Below, in pieces: positions 17,922-24,683 of a DNA stretch of 32,000 bases (position 1 is the first letter of the stretch; every line of letters starts with the position of its first letter). Position numbers and translations under genes: made by a program. The notes under the pieces were generated by a model. It was given only the letters and a program-made list of their open reading frames with translations, did not search any database and had not been told where the DNA came from. Source of the DNA: Fibrobacter succinogenes subsp. succinogenes S85 (GTDB lineage Bacteria; Fibrobacterota; Fibrobacteria; Fibrobacterales; Fibrobacteraceae); the NCBI RefSeq assembly GCF_000146505.1, contig NC_017448.1:1-32000 (forward strand). Reading direction: 5' to 3'.

Positions 17922-17953
17922 AAAAACGACCAACCGAAAGGCTGGTCGTTTTT
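17922..17953 (+). terminator. intrinsic terminator 1 after the tRNA
   Basis: AAAAA-CGACCAACC-gaaa-GGCTGGTCG-TTTTT, with one mismatch in the stem. Confidence 0.75.
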
Positions 17954-17974
17954 ACTTTCCGCCCCAGGGGTACT

Positions 17975-18005
17975 AAAAACGACCAACGAAAAGTTGGTCG
18001 TTTTT
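17975..18005 (+). terminator. intrinsic terminator 2 (paralogous copy of terminator 1)
   Basis: AAAAA-CGACCAAC-gaaaa-GTTGGTCG-TTTTT, a perfect stem. Confidence 0.75.
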
Positions 18006-18026
18006 ATTTTCCGCGACACAGGGTAT

Positions 18027-18060
18027 AAAAAGTCTCATGATGAAATCATGAGTTTTTTTT
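18027..18060 (+). terminator. intrinsic terminator 3
   Basis: CTCATGAT-gaa-ATCATGAG, an 8-bp stem followed by eight T. Confidence 0.75.
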
Positions 18061-18112
18061 GTAATGTGAAAGTCTTGCGGGCGGGACCCTAGCTCGGAGT
18101 TGTTATGGGTAC

Positions 18113-18139
18113 AAAAAAGCCAGGGCGTTTAACCCTGGC
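18113..18139 (-). terminator. intrinsic terminator of the porin-like gene
   Basis: GCCAGGG-cgtttaa-CCCTGGC is preceded on the plus strand by AAAAAA, which is a U-run on the minus strand. It lies 27 nt downstream of the stop at 18166. Confidence 0.75.
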
Positions 18140-18165
18140 TTTAATTGCTTTACGCGAATTTTAAA

Positions 18166-19218
18166 TTACTTGATTGTACTCGTGAGGCGGAATGCGAAAC
18201 CGACGTCGCTGATTTCGTCACCGCTGTAAACGCTGAACTGAAGCTTGGAATTGGCAATCTTCTTTGCCCATGCCACCGTCCATGCCCAGTTATCGATGTC
18301 CTTGCCACCAGTGAGAGCGGCGCGGTCATTGATATGTTCCCATTCCACATAGAGGCTGCTCATGAACGTGCTCATGATGCAATCCTTTTTCGGGGAGTAT
18401 TCAGCACCGAGGTAGAACGGATGGTAAGCGTCACCCGGCTTCATGTACTTGGATTCCGGAGCGACATAGTTGTGGGCTGTGGTGAGGACTTTTTCGCTAT
18501 TCGTAACGATGAAGCCGTATTCACCGTAAACTCGCAAGAAATCAAGGGGCTTGTAGCTCAGGTAAGTGGCGAGGCGGTGGGTGATGGATGCTGTGTTCTG
18601 AACAACGTCAACGGCGTTCACGCGATAAGCGAGCTTTGCTTCAAGCGGGAAATCGAACTTGAGGTCTTCTTCAATGCGGATGTAACCCGTGTTGGCCTTG
18701 TTGTCTCTTGTGGCGAGCATTGCGGTGAAGTTGGAGTAGCCGGTCTGCCAGCCGAATTCAAGAGCGTTGTGTGCGTAGTCGCGCATCCAGAGACCGCGAG
18801 CCGTGAGGTCCTTATCGATGTAAGTACCGAAGTGGGTAGACTGAGACCAGTCCGTCTTCCAGTGACCGATTTTGAGGTTGAGCTTGTAAGTGTCAAAATT
18901 CCACTTGTAGTTTGCCCAGTAGAGGTCTGCGAGAATCTTGTCGTAGCTGGTGGTCTTGCCGTCGCCGTCCTTAATCTTGTTGCCAAACTGCGGGGCAAAA
19001 ATGCGCAACATAACCTGTGCATCGAAGTTTTCGCTCTTGTAGAGGCCGCCAATGTTAGCGCGGATCCAGAGGGAGCTCAGGTTATTGTCGGTATCTGCGA
19101 TCATCTTGGTCGCCTGAGTCTGGACGTTGCCCTTGAGGCTGAATTCGCCATCGGCTGCAAAGGCTGCAGAGCACATGCCTGCGACCAAAAGTGCGCTTGT
19201 CATTTTTTTGAAGTTCAT
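18166..19218 (-). CDS. putative outer-membrane beta-barrel (porin-like) protein
   Basis: ORF 18166..19248 trimmed to ATG 19218, with GGAG 6 nt upstream. The Sec signal is MNFKKMTSALLVAGMCSAAFA|AD. The sequence is rich in Y, G, N and D with alternating hydrophobic beta-strand patterning. No specific family was recognised. Confidence 0.6.
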   Translation of the reverse strand: MNFKKMTSALLVAGMCSAAFAADGEFSLKGNVQTQATKMIADTDNNLSSLWIRANIGGLYKSENFDAQVMLRIFAPQFGNKIKDGDGKTTSYDKILADLYWANYKWNFDTYKLNLKIGHWKTDWSQSTHFGTYIDKDLTARGLWMRDYAHNALEFGWQTGYSNFTAMLATRDNKANTGYIRIEEDLKFDFPLEAKLAYRVNAVDVVQNTASITHRLATYLSYKPLDFLRVYGEYGFIVTNSEKVLTTAHNYVAPESKYMKPGDAYHPFYLGAEYSPKKDCIMSTFMSSLYVEWEHINDRAALTGGKDIDNWAWTVAWAKKIANSKLQFSVYSGDEISDVGFAFRLTSTIK

Positions 19219-19245
19219 AGTTTCTCCGTGTAAGTTTTTCGTGCG

Positions 19246-19253
19246 CAAATCTA
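19246..19253 (-). promoter_or_regulatory. candidate -7 box TAGATTTG for the porin-like gene
   Basis: This is an exact TAnnTTTG match on the minus strand, 27 nt upstream of ATG 19218. It overlaps the TTG start proposed by the ORF track. Confidence 0.35.
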
Positions 19254-19304
19254 GAAATTTCGAAAAATATTTAAAGATAATTTGAAAGTAAGCGATTCAA
19301 TTTT

Positions 19305-19312
19305 TATTTTTG
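19305..19312 (+). promoter_or_regulatory. candidate -7 box TATTTTTG for the OmpA-family gene
   Basis: This is an exact TAnnTTTG match, the same octamer as upstream of cimA. It lies 29 nt before ATG 19342, and the leader contains GGAG. Confidence 0.35.
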
Positions 19313-19341
19313 CCTCACAAAATATCCATTGGAGTACAAGA

Positions 19342-20040
19342 ATGAGAATGATTTCCCGCATTGCATTTTCGGCAATAGTGGCAGTTTCTTTTGCATCTGC
19401 CGGCAAGCTTGCACCGAACAAGACGCACGCCGTGCTGAACGTGACTTACACGAACGAAGAAAACGTTCCGCATGCCAAGAAAAAGCTCACGTTTGTGGGG
19501 CAGAACAAGGGAAAGAAGGTGGTTATCACGACGGACGTGTATGGCGAAGCTAGCTTCCATATCCCGCGTGAAGATTCTTACACGATTCTCTGCGAAAGCT
19601 TGACGGGACCGTTCGAATGCGGCGAAACTCCGTATGTTTCTCGCACGGCAAGCACGGGTGGAATTTCGGTCGTTTTTGACGATACTCGTTCCGAACTTAC
19701 GGGTGTGACGTTTAAGGCGGGCAGTGCAGAACTTGTGCCGAGCTCCTTGAAGACTCTCAATGCCGCGATTGCAGGGCTCAAGCGCAATCCGAAGGCCAAG
19801 ATTGAAGTGGAAGGACATACGAGTAGCGATGGTTCCGCTGAACTCAACCAGCAGCTTTCCGAAGACCGCGCAAACAGTGTCCGCAATTACATGATTGAAC
19901 AGGGCATTGACGCCGACCGCGTGACTGCTGTGGGCTACGGCCCGAGCCGCCCGAAGGGTGACAACTCGACAGAAGCGGGTCGCCGTGCCAACCGTCGCAT
20001 TGAGCTTAAAGTGCTCAACGCCGATGAAGTGAATTTCTAA
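19342..20040 (+). CDS. OmpA-family (OmpA_C/peptidoglycan-binding) protein
   Basis: ORF 19282..20040 trimmed to ATG 19342, with GGAG 7 nt upstream. The Sec signal is MRMISRIAFSAIVAVSFASA|G. The C-terminal OmpA-like domain reads FKAGSAEL...IEVEGHTSSDGSAELNQQLSEDRANSVRNYM...GYGPSRP...NRRIEL. Confidence 0.9.
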   Translation: MRMISRIAFSAIVAVSFASAGKLAPNKTHAVLNVTYTNEENVPHAKKKLTFVGQNKGKKVVITTDVYGEASFHIPREDSYTILCESLTGPFECGETPYVSRTASTGGISVVFDDTRSELTGVTFKAGSAELVPSSLKTLNAAIAGLKRNPKAKIEVEGHTSSDGSAELNQQLSEDRANSVRNYMIEQGIDADRVTAVGYGPSRPKGDNSTEAGRRANRRIELKVLNADEVNF

Positions 20041-20089
20041 TTTGTTCTAATATCGCAAAAATACTAGAATTTAGAAAAAAGTGCGTTTT

Positions 20090-20129
20090 TTACGTGAAAA
20101 TTTGTGAAATAACGCAGATTTTCACGTAA
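20090..20129. repeat. palindromic unit 1: TTACGTGAAAA-N18-TTTTCACGTAA
   Basis: Perfect 11-bp inverted arms at 20090..20100 and 20119..20129. Confidence 0.85.
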
Positions 20130-20217
20130 TTTTTTTATGTTGTGTGTCTTTTCCCGGCTACAAAAAGCATTTTTGTCCCTCAAAAAGGAATGAAATCGGC
20201 TGAAAAATAAAAAAGTG

Positions 20218-20250
20218 GCTCCTTTAAATACTTAAAGGAGCTTGTTTTTA
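20218..20250. terminator. bidirectional intrinsic terminator between the convergent OmpA-family and CvfB-like genes
   Basis: GCTCCTTTAA-atac-TTAAAGGAGC is a perfect 10-bp stem. It is followed by TTGTTTTT on the plus strand and preceded by AAAAATAAAAAAGT, a U-rich tract on the minus strand. Confidence 0.75.
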
Positions 20251-20278
20251 TTTAATTATGATTAGTTTATTTTGAATT

Positions 20279-20317
20279 TTACGTGAAAAACTTGAAAAAA
20301 TAGTCGTATTCACGTAA
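20279..20317. repeat. palindromic unit 2: TTACGTGAA-N21-TTCACGTAA
   Basis: 9-bp inverted arms at 20279..20287 and 20309..20317. This is a direct paralogue of unit 1, 189 nt away. Confidence 0.85.
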
Positions 20318-20375
20318 ATTGGGGCTTTTTTTCAAAATTTGGTTCTAAAAGCTCTAATTTTCGCCTCAGATCGCG

Positions 20376-21209
20376 TTAAACTGCGCGAATTCCGTCTTCG
20401 GTGATCACGATTTTTTCTTCGCGGAAAAGCGTCCCGATAATCTTCTTGAACGTCTTCTTGGACATTCCGAATTCACGACGGATAGTTTCTGGATCGGTGT
20501 GGTCGCCGTAGGGGAGGAATCCGCCGGCAGCTTCGAGCTTTTGCATGACCGCATTGGGGCTTTCGCTCTTCATCACGCCCTTGTAGCCAATCGGAGTCAA
20601 GTTGAGTGTGATTTTTCCGTCGCTTGTGAAGCGCTGGATGAATCCGGGCATCGTATCGCCGATGTAGATGCGTTCCATACCGGGCGTCATCATGAGGCGA
20701 CCTGTGTAGCGGTAATCCACGAGGCAATCAACGTAATCAGGCGTGACTTCGTAAGCGGCGAGTTCTACGCGCTGGCCGATATGCAAGTCGTTCGTGTCCG
20801 GATCGATAAAGCTCTTGATTTTTTCGGTGGCAATGATGCGTCCGCTCTTTTCGTCTTCGAGCACAAAGACAACGCAGCGGTCGCCTTTCTGCAATTCGCC
20901 AAGTTGCTGCTTGAAGGGGAGGAACAAGTCCTTGTTGAGCCCCCAATCCAAGAATGCGCCAACGCGGTTGACTTCCTTGACGGTGAGTACTGCAAATTCG
21001 CCTACCTGGGCGAGCGGCTTGTCAAGCGTTGCGATCGGGCGGTCTTCGGAGTCCGTGTAAACGAACACGTCAATGATTTCGCCTTCGACGAGTGTGAATT
21101 TGTTGCGGTTGCCGGGGAGGAGCACGCTTCCGCCTGTTTCGAGTTCTAGGTAATAACCCTGTGGCGTGATTGATTCAACGCGTGCGCGGTTAATTCTTCC
21201 AAGTTCCAT
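20376..21209 (-). CDS. CvfB/YitL-family S1-domain RNA-binding protein
   Basis: ORF 20376..21308 trimmed to ATG 21209 (MELGRINRARV). The trim removes the overlap with the upstream gene. Motifs GG.VLLP, DSEDRPIAT and GAFLDWGLNKDLFLPFKQQ match my memory of B. subtilis YitL and S. aureus CvfB. Confidence 0.8.
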   Translation of the reverse strand: MELGRINRARVESITPQGYYLELETGGSVLLPGNRNKFTLVEGEIIDVFVYTDSEDRPIATLDKPLAQVGEFAVLTVKEVNRVGAFLDWGLNKDLFLPFKQQLGELQKGDRCVVFVLEDEKSGRIIATEKIKSFIDPDTNDLHIGQRVELAAYEVTPDYVDCLVDYRYTGRLMMTPGMERIYIGDTMPGFIQRFTSDGKITLNLTPIGYKGVMKSESPNAVMQKLEAAGGFLPYGDHTDPETIRREFGMSKKTFKKIIGTLFREEKIVITEDGIRAV

Positions 21210-21283
21210 AATTTGCCTTTCCGTTCTGGTATCCCGCAGGGCGGGGTTAAAGTCGCGGACATCCGCGATATGGTTAAATATAG

Positions 21284-21820
21284 TTATTCCGTCGGCAGTT
21301 CCTTGCAATGCCGCATAAACCTAAGCGTTTCTTTTTCGCCATCCTTTGCGAGTTTCTTGAGTAGGAACAGTAACTTCTTGTAAGTCGTTTCCGTCATCTT
21401 CTCATGCGCGGTGCTTTTCGTCAAATACAGGAGCGGGGCCTCTTGCGTGTAGCTTTTCTTGTTGTACGTCTTGGAGGCAGCCACGCGGTCGCAGAACATC
21501 TCCTTGATGTAGCGGTCCGGCATGTCCATCGGCACGATTTTCTTTGTTTTCATGTCGTAATCGTACCAAAATTCAAAATGGTGCTTGTTGCGCCCCTTGT
21601 GGTGCATCCATGCAAGACTGTAGCCTGTTTCGCGGCGTTCGCCGTTATTTGGCGATTCCTTGCCCGTGTAATACTTGGCTCCAGGAATAAATTCGGTAGG
21701 GCTGTACTTCGACAAATCGTGGAACAGCCCCTGCAACCCGATACCAGCCTTGATACAAAGCCGAATCACTTCGTTCCTGTGCTTGGTAATCGTAATGAAA
21801 TGACGAATCGGATGGAACAT
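21284..21820 (-). CDS. DUF5662-like protein (HD-motif containing; often mis-annotated as catalase)
   Basis: 178 aa. GLFHDLSKYSPTEF, YYTGKESPNN.ER, Y..AWMHHKGRNKHHFEFW and MFCDRVAASKTY resemble the DUF5662 family as I remember it. The family name is not verified. Confidence 0.65.
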   Translation of the reverse strand: MFHPIRHFITITKHRNEVIRLCIKAGIGLQGLFHDLSKYSPTEFIPGAKYYTGKESPNNGERRETGYSLAWMHHKGRNKHHFEFWYDYDMKTKKIVPMDMPDRYIKEMFCDRVAASKTYNKKSYTQEAPLLYLTKSTAHEKMTETTYKKLLFLLKKLAKDGEKETLRFMRHCKELPTE

Positions 21821-21824
21821 GATC

Positions 21825-21832
21825 GAAAATTA
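21825..21832 (-). promoter_or_regulatory. candidate -7-like box TAATTTTC, 4 nt from the ATG (leaderless geometry)
   Basis: On the minus strand TAATTTTC-gatc-ATG (ATG at 21820..21818), with no Shine-Dalgarno. This is a near match only, with the last base C instead of G. Confidence 0.3.
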
Positions 21833-21834
21833 GC

Positions 21835-21853
21835 AAAAGCCGGGAATCCCGGC
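21835..21853 (-). terminator. intrinsic terminator of the ADP-ribosylglycohydrolase gene
   Basis: On the minus strand GCCGGGATTCCCGGC is followed by TTTT. It lies 6 nt downstream of the stop at 21859. Confidence 0.6.
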
Positions 21854-21858
21854 AATGT

Positions 21859-22677
21859 TTATTGAAAAATCCGGTTCCCGTACTTCTTCTCAAATTCCGT
21901 CACGAGCTTGTGCGGTTCCGGGAAGTAGTACTTGAGAATGTTCATGCCTACTTTATAGATTTTTTGCGGAACGCCAAAAACCGCTTCGGCTATGCCACCC
22001 GCAATGCAGGCGAGCGTATCGCTATCCCCGCCGAGGGATACTGCGTTTCTGATGGCATCTTCGTAGTCCGTCGCTTCCAAGACGCAGCGGATGGCTTGCG
22101 GAACCGTCCCTTGGCAAAGTGCCGCTCCCGGATAAGACCAGCTATATTCCGGACGCAGTTCGTCAATCGTGAAATTCAGATCGTAGCCGAATTCGCTCTC
22201 AATGGTCGTCTTGATTTCGTCTTTGCTCGCACCCATGCGTGCCATGAAAATCGCAAGAGCTGTCGCCTGCGCTCCCTTGATTCCTTCGGGATGGTTGTGC
22301 GTGCATTCGGCAGATTCCTTGGCCTTGGCGAGCACCTCTTCCTTGGTGTTGAACGCCCAACCCACCGGCGAAATGCGCATGGCAGAACCGTTACCGCAGC
22401 TGTCGTATGGTGTGCCAAAGCCGTCGCGGCGTGCCTTGGCGACATATCTGGTGAACCCTCCGCCGTAACCGCCGACAGGGCATTCGTACTTGCTTGCGTA
22501 TGCGACGTAATACTTCCATGCTTCGCCCCCGCGCATAATCCAGTCCGCCGTAGCAAACGAGAGAATGCTATCGTCTGTGGGTGAGACCCCATCAGGGAAC
22601 AGCTCAAAATCCTTAGCTTTGTAGTTTTCGAATTCGTAAATGGAACCGACGGTATCGCCGATAATTGCTCCGATCAT
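21859..22677 (-). CDS. ADP-ribosylglycohydrolase family protein
   Basis: 272 aa. MIGAIIGDTVGS.YEF, GNGSAMRISPVG and LGGDSDTLACIAGGIAEA are the ARH/DraG-family metal-binding signatures. GGAG lies upstream of the ATG. Confidence 0.9.
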   Translation of the reverse strand: MIGAIIGDTVGSIYEFENYKAKDFELFPDGVSPTDDSILSFATADWIMRGGEAWKYYVAYASKYECPVGGYGGGFTRYVAKARRDGFGTPYDSCGNGSAMRISPVGWAFNTKEEVLAKAKESAECTHNHPEGIKGAQATALAIFMARMGASKDEIKTTIESEFGYDLNFTIDELRPEYSWSYPGAALCQGTVPQAIRCVLEATDYEDAIRNAVSLGGDSDTLACIAGGIAEAVFGVPQKIYKVGMNILKYYFPEPHKLVTEFEKKYGNRIFQ

Positions 22678-22790
22678 AAAAAATCTCCTTATTCTAATAA
22701 TAGTATCGTATTGTGCGTGCGAAAAGTAAAATGGAATTTTTTTTATTTCAAAAGTGTATATTATCCCATTGGATATTTCAAGAGGAATTT

Positions 22791-23870
22791 ATGAGTGGAA
22801 AAGTCGTTGTGTACAGTAAGCAACATCTACAAAGAATTATTGAAAAGATAATCAAGGAAAAAGGTCCCAAGTGCGACTTGAATTTTATTGATGTATCGCG
22901 AATGACTGATATGAGTGGCTTGTTTGATCACTCATGCTTTGATGGCGATATCAGTCAATGGGACGTGTCGAATGTGAAAAATATGAACCATATGTTTTAT
23001 GATTCTGCTTTTACCGGAGATATCAGCTCTTGGGATGTATCAAATGTTACTGACATGAACTACATGTTTTTTGGATCTAATTTTAATGGCGATATTAGTC
23101 GATGGAATGTATCGAACGTTACAAATATGAATACTATGTTTAGTGCTTGTTCCTTTACCGGCGATATTAGTGGGTGGGATGTATCAAGCGTTACGGATAT
23201 GGATTCTCTTTTTGCTTATTCAAGATTCAATGGTGATATTAGCAAGTGGGATGTTTCAAATGTGAGAAATATGCACAGTATGTTTGAAACGAGCATTTTC
23301 ATGGGCGATATTAGTCATTGGAATGTTTCAAATGTAACGAATATGAGTAGCATGTTTTGTAGAGCAGATTTTAATGGCGATATTAGTCAATGGGATGTGT
23401 CGAACGTTACGGATATGAGCCACATGTTTTCTGGTTTTTGGGTGAATGACGATGTTTCACATTTTAATGGCGACATCAGTGGATGGAACGTTTCAAATGT
23501 GAAAAATATGAGCTATATGTTTTATTATTCTCTTTTTACTGGCGATATCAGCCGGTGGAATGTTTCGAATGTTACTGATATGAGAGGTATGTTTTGTGGT
23601 TCTGCTTTTTCCGGCGATATTAGCAAATGGAATATTTCAAATGTGATACGCATGACGGCGATGTTTGTGAAATCTCAATTTAGAGGTGATATTACCCGGT
23701 GGGATGCTTCCAAGGTAATAAACATGAGAAACATGTTTGAAGAGTCCGCTTTGGAAAAAGAAAACTGTTTGCCTACTTGGTATGCGGAAAGAGGAGCGCG
23801 TAGGAGTTTGGATTATTCACGTCCAAGCTATTGCACCTGCTGTAATTTTGATTTCAGTCGGATGTTCTAA
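22791..23870 (+). CDS. DUF285 / BspA-family leucine-rich-repeat protein
   Basis: ORF 22713..23870 trimmed to ATG 22791, with AGAGG upstream. About 11 tandem units of roughly 23 aa carry the signature F.GDIS.W(D/N)VSNV(T/K).M..MF. No N-terminal signal peptide is present. Confidence 0.85.
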   Translation: MSGKVVVYSKQHLQRIIEKIIKEKGPKCDLNFIDVSRMTDMSGLFDHSCFDGDISQWDVSNVKNMNHMFYDSAFTGDISSWDVSNVTDMNYMFFGSNFNGDISRWNVSNVTNMNTMFSACSFTGDISGWDVSSVTDMDSLFAYSRFNGDISKWDVSNVRNMHSMFETSIFMGDISHWNVSNVTNMSSMFCRADFNGDISQWDVSNVTDMSHMFSGFWVNDDVSHFNGDISGWNVSNVKNMSYMFYYSLFTGDISRWNVSNVTDMRGMFCGSAFSGDISKWNISNVIRMTAMFVKSQFRGDITRWDASKVINMRNMFEESALEKENCLPTWYAERGARRSLDYSRPSYCTCCNFDFSRMF

Positions 23871-24057
23871 GGCTGTTTTTAGCTCAAAATCGGCAAAAGA
23901 ATCTAAGCCGAATATTGAAAAATTAGTTTATTTAAAACTAATTCGTGTATTTGCGTTGCTCAAGGCGATAAAATTTCTTGGGAAAATGCGATAAAGCTGT
24001 TTACATATTGCAAATCATAAGCGATATATAAATGGAAATTTAGCAAGGTGGTGGTGT

Positions 24058-24612
24058 ATGGCTGAAATTCTAGAAAAGATGGTTAGCGGTATTGGGGCGC
24101 TCAGCAAGAGCCTTGCTATTGGTATTTTCGGTATTCTTGGCTGTAGCGAGGATAGTTCCGAATGCGTTCCTCAAACGGAGATTGTTGAGCAATCTCTTGA
24201 AATGCATCGCGATTCTGCTCAACAGGTGTTTCATGAGGATATGCTTTCGATGACTTTGCACAAACCGGGAGTATGTTTTAAAAATCTCCGCCCTGAAATG
24301 GATAGTGCGATTTCGGTGGTCGTGAGTGTTTATCATATAGCTTCGAATGATGAAGAATATAAACCGCTAATTACAAGTGCCAATGATTACGAAGGGCATT
24401 CTGCAGGGTCTGCTCATTATGCGGGGGCTGCTCTTGATTTTAGAATCAAAAATATGGGGAGCCTTGAAAAACGTCAAGAGATAGCGCAAATGGTGCGTGT
24501 CTTTTTAGGAAAACGATATCTGGTCTTGCACGAAGATGTTGGGTTGGAAAACGAACATTTGCACGTTCAAATGCGTAACGGAACGTACAACCGCAATGTT
24601 GAATGGGATTAG
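24058..24612 (+). CDS. peptidase M15A-like (LAS-fold zinc metallopeptidase) protein, possible lipoprotein
   Basis: SAHYAGAALD matches the SxHxxGxAxD motif of M15/LAS peptidases, and the later EHLHVQ supplies the third zinc ligand. The N-terminus LAIGIFGILGC is lipobox-like. AGGTGG lies upstream of the ATG. Confidence 0.6.
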   Translation: MAEILEKMVSGIGALSKSLAIGIFGILGCSEDSSECVPQTEIVEQSLEMHRDSAQQVFHEDMLSMTLHKPGVCFKNLRPEMDSAISVVVSVYHIASNDEEYKPLITSANDYEGHSAGSAHYAGAALDFRIKNMGSLEKRQEIAQMVRVFLGKRYLVLHEDVGLENEHLHVQMRNGTYNRNVEWD

Positions 24613-24632
24613 CCCCTTTGTGCTTAAATAGC

Positions 24633-24667
24633 AAAAATCCCTGCCACTTGTTGTGACAGGGATTTCT
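24633..24667. terminator. bidirectional terminator-like hairpin between convergent genes
   Basis: ATCCCTGCCAC-ttgtt-GTGACAGGGAT has one C.A mismatch. It is flanked by AAAAA on the left and TTTCTT on the right. Confidence 0.55.
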
Positions 24668-24683
24668 TAAAACCAAAGCTGTT

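Larger units (their letters stand above)
22678..24683. other. low-GC islet (candidate horizontally acquired segment)
   Basis: By eye this segment is about 37-43% GC against about 50% in the flanks. It uses in-frame TCA and TTA codons that core genes in this window avoid. It carries two genes and is bounded by terminators. No integrase or direct repeats were seen. Confidence 0.5.

Noticed and set aside
17822-18092. ORFs 17822..18019 (-) and 17835..18092 (+) in the ORF track.
   Set aside because: They overlap the tRNA-Glu gene and its three terminators. There is no RBS and the sequences are repeat-derived. These are non-coding regions.
20137-20193. An 18-codon ORF (MLCVFSRLQKAFLSLKKE) in the long convergent spacer.
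   Set aside because: It has no Shine-Dalgarno and no TAnnTTTG-ATG geometry, and it is too short to evaluate. It is mentioned only as context for the spacer finding.
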